32,000 nt of DNA from Candidatus Scalindua sp. (lineage in GTDB: Bacteria; Planctomycetota; Brocadiia; Brocadiales; Scalinduaceae), in assembly GCA_031316235.1 (NCBI GenBank), contig JALDRA010000001.1, positions 3,450,001-3,482,000 of the forward strand, read 5' to 3'. Numbering within the stretch: the stretch's first letter is position 1; the number at the start of each line of letters is the position of its first letter. The notes beneath the pieces are model-generated. The model was not told the origin of the DNA. It did no database searches and saw only the letters and a list, made by a program, of their open reading frames with translations. The translations under genes were made by a program, and so were the position numbers. Positions 23,992 to 31,589 of the stretch are shown here, piece by piece.

Positions 23992-25908
23992 CTACTGAGG
24001 ACTGCACATGCACTCATGGTAATCGTCAAGACTTGGTTTTGGGAGAGCAAATTTAAATGTTGTCCCTTTGCCCGTTCGACTGCTTTCGAACCAGATTCTG
24101 CCGCCATGTGCCTTAATAATTGTGTTACAGATTGCCAGCCCTAAACCAACGCCTTCACTTTTTATTTTTTTTTCCTGATAAAACCGATCAAATATCTTAC
24201 CCTGCAGGTGTTTTGGCAAACTTATGCCCACTCCGGTATCCTTGACTGATACTTCAATCTCATCATACCTGTTCTTTGCAGAGACGATAATAGTTCCAGC
24301 TTTTGTGTACTTGATAGCATTATCTATTAAATTAGAAACAACTCTCATGATCTTCATTCTATCTCCCAGAAATTCGGGCAAGTGATCAGCAATGTCTGTT
24401 TTTATTGACAAATCTTGATTCTCCGCTATCAATCTGAGACCTGCAGTTACCTGAAGTATTAATTCTCCGATATTAATAGGTTCTTTATCGTATTTTTCTG
24501 TACCGGATTCGAGATCCGCCAGAGTCAATACACTTTCTATCGTTTTATTCAGTCTTCCAATATTTACTTTTATGATACTGATAAAATGGTCATTCTTGTG
24601 GTTTGCTTTCCTTCGATCTGTTCCGTTATAGACCTGTCTATCCAACCATAATTCCAATGCAAGCCTCAGTTGAGACAACGGAGATTTCAGTTCATGTGAT
24701 ACATCCTTGATTATGTTATCCTTCAATCTGTCAAGACTTCTTAGTGCGGCATTACTCTCGTTTGAAATCCTGAGTTGTTTCACCATTGAGTTGAATTCCA
24801 CAACAACCTCTTGAATTTCATCATTCCTTTTACCAATTGTTATTGGTTGGGTTAAATTACCATGAGCCACTTTTTTGATACCTATCAGCAATTTTCTTAT
24901 GTCTGCACTCAAATGGCTGAAAATGACAGTGGTGCCTGAAAGTATTAAAAATACTACTACACTCCCTGCAATACCAAAAATATATTTTAATCTTGTCAGT
25001 GGTAAAAATGCCTCTTCAAGATTTTTCTCTGTTACAATAGTCCACTGTGTTTCCGGTACAAACAGGAGAGTTCCCAACACCGTAATACCATAGGGGTTTA
25101 CATAAGATCCAGAATAATTCTTCCCTAATCCTGACACTCTTCGTAGTGCTTCAGGATCGATTGATTTTCTGTGCGAACGATTATCGTTCGTTTTTAATTT
25201 CGCAATTATCGTTGATGCATTGGATAAAATATATACATTGCTGAAATGAGCGGAATGGTTTTCTTTTTGTTCATATTGAGTATAATGCCTCTGTGTATCA
25301 ATGATGTTCTCGAGAATAGTGCCTTTTACTTTCATGGCGATAATACCCAAAGGATTATGAACTATTCTGTCTGTTAACATTGAGGAAAATATGAGATCAG
25401 AGATGCTTTCAGTGCCCGACTCAGGCAGGGCATCTGCAAAGAAAAACCCCGATGTCTCCGCTGAAAGGTATGGGAAACGGAAGTAGTTTTTTTGTGATTC
25501 GTTGTTTCCGATCAGCTCTTGAGAAGTCGAGGCGATAATCTGACCGACAGGATCAAGAATTGAAATGCTGATAATATCAGGATCCAGGCTTAATTTATTT
25601 GTCAACAAGTGGTTGTTTAATGCTCTCCTGATCTCAGAGGTGTTCTCAGGCTGCGTTATCAACTGTCCGGTATAATCTCTGATTAAACCGTCAGAACTGA
25701 AATCTACAACCCTGCATCGCTTTTTCTGCAACAAGAGGTCCAGATGAGATTTAATAGTATTGGCAGTTGATTCTAATGCTCTGAACGCCTCATCTTTTGT
25801 CTGGTCATGGAGATATTTGTAAACTATTGTGCCGGTAATACTGATGGGAACTATTGAAACCAAGAGGAAATAACATAAAAGTTTTTTGCCTAATTTGGTC
25901 AGTTTCAT
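23992..25908 (-). CDS. sensor histidine kinase: TM, Cache-like region, TM, HAMP, classical HisKA, HATPase
   Basis: The N-terminal 370 aa are collinear with and similar to 8194..10014 (MKLTK.G.KL...FLLV.IVP..I.GTIVYKY.HD, RVVDFSSDG.I.D, LDPD, PITIGKR.DEI). It then switches to the H-box DVSHELKSPLSQL and the ATPase motifs NLIDNAIKYT, DTGVGI and GVGLGLAI. Confidence 0.9.
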   Translation of the reverse strand: MKLTKLGKKLLCYFLLVSIVPISITGTIVYKYLHDQTKDEAFRALESTANTIKSHLDLLLQKKRCRVVDFSSDGLIRDYTGQLITQPENTSEIRRALNNHLLTNKLSLDPDIISISILDPVGQIIASTSQELIGNNESQKNYFRFPYLSAETSGFFFADALPESGTESISDLIFSSMLTDRIVHNPLGIIAMKVKGTILENIIDTQRHYTQYEQKENHSAHFSNVYILSNASTIIAKLKTNDNRSHRKSIDPEALRRVSGLGKNYSGSYVNPYGITVLGTLLFVPETQWTIVTEKNLEEAFLPLTRLKYIFGIAGSVVVFLILSGTTVIFSHLSADIRKLLIGIKKVAHGNLTQPITIGKRNDEIQEVVVEFNSMVKQLRISNESNAALRSLDRLKDNIIKDVSHELKSPLSQLRLALELWLDRQVYNGTDRRKANHKNDHFISIIKVNIGRLNKTIESVLTLADLESGTEKYDKEPINIGELILQVTAGLRLIAENQDLSIKTDIADHLPEFLGDRMKIMRVVSNLIDNAIKYTKAGTIIVSAKNRYDEIEVSVKDTGVGISLPKHLQGKIFDRFYQEKKIKSEGVGLGLAICNTIIKAHGGRIWFESSRTGKGTTFKFALPKPSLDDYHECMCSPQ

Positions 25909-26024
25909 TTTTTTATTAACATCGAATCACGAAAAAACCCATATCACTCATGAAAGAGAGACCAAAGAAGCAAGCCTATTACGATCGACAGGAGATTGTG
26001 TTGAAGTGAACCATAATAATCACG

Positions 26025-26708
26025 TTAATGTTTTGTCATTTCTACTGGAATAGCAATACTTATCCCGCCGCGAATATCTCCCTCTTTATATCCATGTGCC
26101 AGGTCATGGGGATATTTTCTTGCCATAAACTGTCTGACTGCAGGTTTAAGTTTCTGTTTTTCACTATGGCATTCCAGACAGGTCTTATCAACATAAATAG
26201 GTTTCATGAATCTATATGTCTTCTGTCCATCTATCTCCACAATCTCTCCAAAGCTGACAGCTTTTGAACTTTCTGCTGCCTCAAATGATCTCAATACTTT
26301 CACTTCCCACTTATCGGGAGTATTAGATGGATTCCTGACCTTGAGGCTTGTCTGCTTCAGTTTCCACCCGGTCAGGAGAGTGAAGTCGTTTGCGATTTCT
26401 GATCCTACTACTGCGGGTACAAATCCTTTGAAATAATAATTTCCTGTTATCGGGTCTCTGTTTATAAGCTCCTGGTTCTTTGCAATTATGTTTCTTGTGA
26501 CCATCAACAGGTCTGTTATTATTCTTGCAAATTTCTGTAAGTTTTCCTTTTCAACAGTTCCAGGCTTATTAGATATATCGATGCGTGAACCATATACGAA
26601 CGCCTGTCTGTCATGCTCAGCGGCAAAACAGATACTATCTGTTGCACTATACGTAAGCAGGAGAGAAACTATTACAGCAAAATTGAAATTAAAAAGAGTA
26701 TAATGCAT
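26025..26708 (-). CDS. secreted DUF3365 (Tll0287-like) c-type heme protein, paralog of 10242..10862
   Basis: It has CLECH at 26166..26180, the same conserved blocks as the paralog, an N-terminal signal-like segment, and a gagggggg SD upstream of the ATG. Confidence 0.88.
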   Translation of the reverse strand: MHYTLFNFNFAVIVSLLLTYSATDSICFAAEHDRQAFVYGSRIDISNKPGTVEKENLQKFARIITDLLMVTRNIIAKNQELINRDPITGNYYFKGFVPAVVGSEIANDFTLLTGWKLKQTSLKVRNPSNTPDKWEVKVLRSFEAAESSKAVSFGEIVEIDGQKTYRFMKPIYVDKTCLECHSEKQKLKPAVRQFMARKYPHDLAHGYKEGDIRGGISIAIPVEMTKH

Positions 26709-27204
26709 TTGAACCCCCCTCTGTAAAACGTTAGGTTTGTAATGTAGCTGTGTGGATATCTCTGTAAGAAAACAGCGAAGGCTCCACAGATTTTTTCTCT
26801 TTATGGTGCCTGTTTCACACTATGTGTATGGATCTTAATCCCATTATCATGCATGTACGTGCGAATCCTTATACTATGGTTGTGATCATCAAGAGTCTTA
26901 TCAGGTTCCGGCTACAAAATCAGTGTATCTGGTGTCCGAGGCAGTTTTGGTCTGACCGCAGGGTGTCTGTTCCGGCACTGGCTGCTGTTCTCAAACACTG
27001 AAAGGTTAGATCCGCAAACAAGATACCGATTTCTCTCTATAGTATAGAATGTTTATAAGTCTCTGTTGTTTAGAAGGGTAGGGTAAATATGCCTGTTGAA
27101 AGCTTACTGTTTGTTATAGAAGCGTAACAAAAAATGTTATTGTGCTGTAACAAACAGTAAACCATGTGAGAGCAGGGTGTGATTTTTACTGTAGAGAGTA
27201 GTAA

Positions 27205-27344
27205 TATACTAAAACCAAAGCCTGGTTGCCGGTATCCCTGGACAAAAGCTTGTGCCGAGGACTTTCCCCGGACCAGGCGCCGAGGACTTTACTCACTCCG
27301 TTTTTTTCCGGATTTTATCTGAAAATCGTTATAAGATAAGTATA
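27205..27344 (+). repeat. modular palindromic intergenic element, copy 7 (A hairpin deleted, two tandem B modules, C)
   Basis: tatactaaaaccaaagcctggttgccgg + tatccctggacaaaagcttgtgccgaggacttt + ccccggaccaggcgccgaggacttt + actcactccgtttttttccggattttatctgaaaatcgttataagataagtata. Confidence 0.85.
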
Positions 27345-27431
27345 ATCAGGCAGAGGTAGATCTTTGGCACAGAGGGTATTACAGTCGGGAGGAGACCATT
27401 TTTGTTGTAAAACGGTATGCATGCAGCTGCA

Positions 27432-29132
27432 TTAATCTAGTTGATCTGTTGCAATGTGATAATCGGGGTCGTGGTGAATATCAACCTCCACGATACTGTT
27501 GGCTCTCTTGATGAGGATCTGACACTCCCTGCTCAGATGCTTAAGCGTCAGAAATTTTCCGAGCTCCCTGTATTTTTCACTAACGGTATTGATAGCCTCC
27601 AAGGCAGAGTGATCATAGACGCGGGCATTCTGAAATTCAATAATGACATTTCTTGGATCTTGAGAGGGAGTAAAGATATTTTTAAAACTTGTAACAGAAC
27701 CAAAAAAGATGGGGCCATCGAGAATATATGTCTTGACTCCATTGCGGTATTTTATTTCTGCACTGATGCGTTGTGATTTCTTCCAGGCAAAAACTAAAGC
27801 AGAAATTACCACACCAATGGTGACGGCGATTGCCAGGTCGTGGGTTACCGTTACGGCAGAGACAATTGCTATAATCATGAAATCACTTTTGGGGATCTTG
27901 TTCCAGAGGCGAAGACTTGTCCACTCGAATGTGCCGATCACAACGATAAACATAACGCCAATCAGAGATGCAACGGGTATCATTTCAATAAATTTCCAGA
28001 GCGGAGGGAATACGATAAAACAGAATAGGAACAGGGCTGCGGAGATACCCGACAGACGACCACGACCACCGGAACTGATATTAATCATCGATTGCCCTAT
28101 CATTGCACAACCACCCATACTTCCAAAAAAACCTGATACCATATTGGCAATCCCCTGACCGATACACTCCCTGTTGCTTTTTCCCCTGCTCTCAGTCAAC
28201 TCATCAATCAGCGTTAGCGTCATGAGGGATTCAATGAGGCCGATTGCCGCAAGTGTAATCGCGAGGCCAAATATAATTTCAAGGTCTTTCCATGATAAAG
28301 AGATTTTCGGGACCATGAAGCGGCCGGCTTTGCGAGTCTCTTCCTGTTCATAGACTTGTTCGTTGGCATTTGCAACTATGGTACCTATTGAGTGAACATC
28401 GGATAGTCTCAGTTCATCTTTGATTTTGTGGAACTCCCTTGTCTTAAAATTCTTTTCCAATGTTAACCTTGTCTGTGTATCAACAAAATCCTTTACGGTA
28501 ACTGACTCAATCGGCAGGAGATGTGCCAGAGAAGTTGTAAAGAGAATGGCCACAAGTGTAGCAGGAATTGCCTTTGTAAGTCTTGGTAAAAAGCGGATAA
28601 TCATCATGGTTACTATCAGGATCCCTATTGTCGTATAAAGGCTGTTGCCGCTGATCCATTTAGCAGTTACCTCAAAAGTCTGAGTAGCATTGTTATACAG
28701 CACATGATGGTCACCTTTTAGCTGGCCGAACTGTGACCTGAAGATCACGATTGCAAGGCCATTCACAAATCCCAGCATCACCGGATGTGGCAGGAGTCGA
28801 ACAAACTTCCCCAGTTTGAAGAAACCGCAGAGTATCTGAATGACCCCGCAGAGTATTACTGCAGCAAACAGGTATTCGAGGCCATAGAGGATAACAAAGC
28901 TTGTCATAACAACTGCCATTGCTCCGGTTGCTCCGGAGATCATTCCTGGTCTTCCCCCAATCGAAGAAGTAATGATGCCGACAAAGAAAGCTGCCCAAAG
29001 ACCGACTGCTGGATCTACACCCGCAACAAAGGCAAAGGCTACGGCCTCAGGAACTAATGCAAATGCAACCGTTAACCCTGACAGCAGGTCATTTTTTACA
29101 TTATTCTTTTGCTTTAAGATCAAGTCAAACAT
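27432..29132 (-). CDS. SulP-family anion transporter with C-terminal STAS domain
   Basis: It has the N-terminal DLLSGLTVAFALVPEAVAFAFVAGV motif, multiple TM segments, and a C-terminal STAS-like region (YILDGPIFFGS...VIIEF...VYDHSALEAI). Confidence 0.9.
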   Translation of the reverse strand: MFDLILKQKNNVKNDLLSGLTVAFALVPEAVAFAFVAGVDPAVGLWAAFFVGIITSSIGGRPGMISGATGAMAVVMTSFVILYGLEYLFAAVILCGVIQILCGFFKLGKFVRLLPHPVMLGFVNGLAIVIFRSQFGQLKGDHHVLYNNATQTFEVTAKWISGNSLYTTIGILIVTMMIIRFLPRLTKAIPATLVAILFTTSLAHLLPIESVTVKDFVDTQTRLTLEKNFKTREFHKIKDELRLSDVHSIGTIVANANEQVYEQEETRKAGRFMVPKISLSWKDLEIIFGLAITLAAIGLIESLMTLTLIDELTESRGKSNRECIGQGIANMVSGFFGSMGGCAMIGQSMINISSGGRGRLSGISAALFLFCFIVFPPLWKFIEMIPVASLIGVMFIVVIGTFEWTSLRLWNKIPKSDFMIIAIVSAVTVTHDLAIAVTIGVVISALVFAWKKSQRISAEIKYRNGVKTYILDGPIFFGSVTSFKNIFTPSQDPRNVIIEFQNARVYDHSALEAINTVSEKYRELGKFLTLKHLSRECQILIKRANSIVEVDIHHDPDYHIATDQLD

Positions 29133-29200
29133 TGGGGCTGTCCTTTTTTTTTCATGAATTGTGGATGCTCTCTTGATAGGGGGGAAATTAATTTTTTCGA

Positions 29201-29311
29201 TATATTAAAACCGATTTGGTTTTCGGTTTTACCGGAAACCAAATCCTGGTGAAGGTATACTCGCTCAAATTTATCTCGGTTTTTATCCGAAATCCAGTAT
29301 GAGATGAGTAT
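29201..29311 (+). repeat. modular palindromic intergenic element, copy 8 (A+C, slightly degenerate termini)
   Basis: tatattaaaaccgatttggttttcggttttaccggaaaccaaatcctggtgaaggtatactcgctcaaatttatctcggtttttatccgaaatccagtatgagatgagtat. Confidence 0.9.
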
Positions 29312-29660
29312 TCGGCAGTTCTTTTATCCATTTTTAATGATTTTCTGAGCTTCTTCCTTATAAAGCGGGTCAACGCAAACCAGGAGCCACCCAGCGGTAA
29401 TTCCAGGAATTGTACATGAACCTGCCGAACCGAAGCGGTAGAACAAGGGAGCCTGAGCCGTACCACGATGAAGGAAAAGGATACCGGTGAGGTATATGAC
29501 ACGGTATCAAATTTGACAGGTGATTACTATATATTTTTATTCAAGATCTCAAATATCGCTTCTTCATGTTTTTGCCACGCAGATAGCCACCGTATAATAA
29601 AAAAATAAAGAGGGGTGTGGAAAGGAGAGTAGATTCAGCTAGCGATGCTTATCCGTAACG

Positions 29661-30050
29661 TTACAATTGGACAGATTCGACCTTCAGGGTTTCAGTGAAC
29701 TGCAAAGCGATACACCATATCTTTTTTGTTATGTCTTGCCTGTTAATTCTGATTACCAGACCATTTCCGACAAGTGTGACAGTTTTTTCAGGTAACCTGG
29801 GTGTGGGGATTTTTGCAACTATTTCTATCTTGATAATCTTTCCCAGGGGAAATGATTCCAATTGGTCTGTATTTACATCAAAAGAAACACCCCCTGCGCA
29901 GATATTTTTTGACAGTAACTCTAATTCTGGGTCAACAGACAGTGTTATTGGTAATGAAAGTTCCAGCCTGGTATCAGTTCGTTTTTCAATCTTTTTCGCT
30001 ATCTTGGTTAAGGTTGTACTCATATAGCCCTCCCGTACAAGGCTATCCAA
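29661..30050 (-). CDS. PilZ-domain protein (putative c-di-GMP receptor)
   Basis: It has EKRTDTR (RxxxR-like) followed by NICAGGVSF (D/NxSxxG-like) at PilZ spacing, with a single-domain size. The likely start is the ATG at 30023 (MSTTL...). Confidence 0.6.
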   Translation of the reverse strand: MDSLVREGYMSTTLTKIAKKIEKRTDTRLELSLPITLSVDPELELLSKNICAGGVSFDVNTDQLESFPLGKIIKIEIVAKIPTPRLPEKTVTLVGNGLVIRINRQDITKKIWCIALQFTETLKVESVQL

Positions 30051-30308
30051 AATATAGTATAAGAGTCAAATAAATATACTATATAAGCCTATTTGTCAAG
30101 AAAAATCCATATTTTTCAGAGGCGAATTTGCCTTGAGTGGCGGGTATAGGGAAAAAGAGCATGAGGACATCTGTTGAATGGAGAAGGTAAAGACGCGGCG
30201 GGATACGGCCTCTGTGTATCTGTTTCCGGTGGTTGCGGGATGAAAAGACTTGTTCTAAAATGTATAAACCATTGTTGCGACAGGTGTTGATCTCATGGTA
30301 CGTCAGAT

Positions 30309-30445
30309 TATACTAAAGCCGATTTGATTTTCGGTTTTACCGGAAACCAGATCCTGGTGGTATCCCCGGACAAAAAGCGTCGAGGACCTTACTCGCTCAA
30401 ATTTATCTCGGATTTTATCCGAAATCCAGTATGAGATAAGTATAT
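30309..30445 (+). repeat. modular palindromic intergenic element, copy 9 (A + B + C)
   Basis: tatactaaagccgatttgattttcggttttaccggaaaccagatcctggtgg + tatccccggacaaaaagcgtcgaggacct + tactcgctcaaatttatctcggattttatccgaaatccagtatgagataagtata. Confidence 0.9.
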
Positions 30446-30520
30446 ATACGCTTTTGATAGTTTAAAACGATGCCTGGTACTATGAAACGGATGGGGACAA
30501 TTTGCAGGGGAGATGAGTTA

Positions 30521-30555
30521 AGCTTCCGTCCCGTTTTATACGAGGGGGACGGAAG
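30521..30555 (-). terminator. GC-rich 11-bp perfect hairpin downstream of the ferredoxin gene (terminator-like, weak U-tract)
   Basis: gcttccgtccc (30521..30531) pairs perfectly with gggacggaagc (30545..30555) around a 13-nt loop. It lies 40 nt past the ferredoxin stop on the minus strand. Only TT follows the stem. Confidence 0.4.
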
Positions 30556-30594
30556 CCGTTTGCTTCAAGCTGCAGAGAGTCTGCTGCTCTCAAA

Positions 30595-30783
30595 TTACTC
30601 GTCAATGTTGATACATTCAACCGGACACTCTTCAGCGGCCTGCCTACAGGTCTCTTCCAGTTCAGCTGGGACATCGCCATCTTTTGCAACCGCAATATCA
30701 CCATCCATCTCAAAGATTTCAGGACATGTCTGCGTACAGAGTTCGCAGCCAGTACATTCGTCAGCGTTAACGCTTGCCTTCAT
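30595..30783 (-). CDS. small single-cluster ferredoxin (62 aa)
   Basis: CTGCELCTQTCP plus the distal CP (ECPVECI) is typical of mono-cluster [4Fe-4S]/[3Fe-4S] ferredoxins. The protein has an acidic composition. Confidence 0.88.
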   Translation of the reverse strand: MKASVNADECTGCELCTQTCPEIFEMDGDIAVAKDGDVPAELEETCRQAAEECPVECINIDE

Positions 30784-30955
30784 AGTATTCCTCCAATTTA
30801 ATAATAGTTACAAAACTCATTAAAGTAAGAAAATTAAACAAAAAATCAGTTACCATGATACGGAAAAAGAGATATTAAATATAAAAGTTTGGGGTTAATT
30901 GTCAAGCTTTTTATATTGTATTATTTTTAGGGAAATCTAAAGTATAAAATGGAAA

Positions 30956-30983
30956 TTGACATATATGTATATCCACATATAAT
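30956..30983 (+). promoter_or_regulatory. sigma-70 promoter of arsR (TTGACA-16 bp-TATAAT) with embedded inverted repeat (candidate ArsR operator)
   Basis: ttgaca is at 30956-30961 and tataat at 30978-30983. The inverted repeat atatgt (30963-30968) / acatat (30975-30980) lies in the spacer and -10. The -10 ends 8 nt before the arsR ATG and there is no SD. Confidence 0.6.
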
Positions 30984-30991
30984 AGGCTGAT

Positions 30992-31345
30992 ATGGTTGCC
31001 CCTGATATTTATTTTAAATGTCTTTCCGATGAAACACGCTTAAGAGCTATGATTCTCCTCTATCGGGAAGGAGAGCTCTGCGTATGTGAATTAACGTATG
31101 CCCTTAAATTATCACAACCAAAGATTTCAAGGCATCTTGCCCTGTTGCGGCAATGCGGTCTCTTACATGATAGAAGAGAAGGACAATGGGTCTATTACAA
31201 AGTGAACCGGGGCCTGCCTGCCTGGTCACTGGAGGTTCTGGAGGTAGTGACACGGGAATTTAACAAGAGTAAGCACTATGAGGAGGACCAATTACGATTG
31301 CAATCAATGAAAGGCCGCCCCAGCGCTGCGATATGCTGCAGCTGA
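30992..31345 (+). CDS. arsR: ArsR/SmtB-family metalloregulator
   Basis: It has FKCLSDETRLRAMILL, the ELCVCEL metalloid-binding cysteine motif, and the recognition helix SQPKISRHLALLRQCGLL. Confidence 0.92.
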   Translation: MVAPDIYFKCLSDETRLRAMILLYREGELCVCELTYALKLSQPKISRHLALLRQCGLLHDRREGQWVYYKVNRGLPAWSLEVLEVVTREFNKSKHYEEDQLRLQSMKGRPSAAICCS

Positions 31346-31406
31346 TTTTTTTTATTTTTCTGCATATGTATATATGTATGTGCGTATATAACTCAGTGTA
31401 GGGATA

Positions 31407-31589
31407 ATGCAGGATATGGTAACCATACTGATCCTCTGTACCGGCAATTCCTGTCGGAGTATTCTTGGAGAAGCTCTCCTTAATCATTTGGGGAAAGGGT
31501 GTGTCGAGGCCTTTTCTGCAGGCAGCCACTCAACCGGACATGTCAATGAAATAGGAATGATGGACAGTGTTAAAAAGGAACAACAATGA
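31407..31589 (+). pseudogene. arsC: truncated LMW-PTP-type arsenate reductase (N-terminal ~45 aa conserved, remainder missing)
   Basis: ILILCTGNSCRSILGEALLNHLG....AFSAGS..TG.VN matches the P-loop (CX5R) end of thioredoxin-coupled ArsC. The ORF stops at 60 aa, whereas family members are about 130-140 aa with two further catalytic cysteines. Its stop overlaps the acr3 start (ATGA). Confidence 0.6.

Noticed and set aside
26973-26987. Sigma-54 promoter-like string cGGCACtggctGCtg, and tGGCACagagggtatt at 27365-27380
   Set aside because: In the first string the GG-to-GC spacing is two nt too short. The second lacks the TTGC element. Both point away from any downstream gene on their strand.
27105-27159. 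12-bp inverted repeat tactgtttgtta / taacaaacagta enclosing taaca-aaaaa-tgtta
   Set aside because: The repeat is real, but it is AT-rich, lies about 270 nt from the nearest gene end, and has no U-tract or recognisable binding consensus. There is not enough to call a terminator or operator.
29188-29502. 104-aa minus-strand ORF upstream of SulP
   Set aside because: It reads straight through repeat copy 8 (..HTGFRIKTEINLSEYTFTRIWFPVKPKTKS..), which is the same artefact as at 11229.
29324-29506. 60-codon open frame on the minus strand (YRVIYLTGILFLHRGTAQAPLFYRFGSAGSCTIPGITAGWLLVCVDPLYKEEAQKIIKNG-stop) that looks protein-like
   Set aside because: There is no ATG or GTG start; a TGA lies immediately upstream and the only candidate is an internal TTG. 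I cannot assign a family. It may be a gene remnant, but I cannot support that from sequence alone.
987-30445. Possibility that the recurring element is a CRISPR array or CRISPR remnant
   Set aside because: Copies are 83-141 bp, kilobases apart, in both orientations and separated by ordinary genes. There are no regularly spaced short repeats and no cas genes.
30470-30823. ORFs 30470..30823 (+) and 30480..30713 (-) around the ferredoxin gene
   Set aside because: They overlap the 62-aa ferredoxin ORF, which has canonical cluster-binding cysteines. The alternatives have none.
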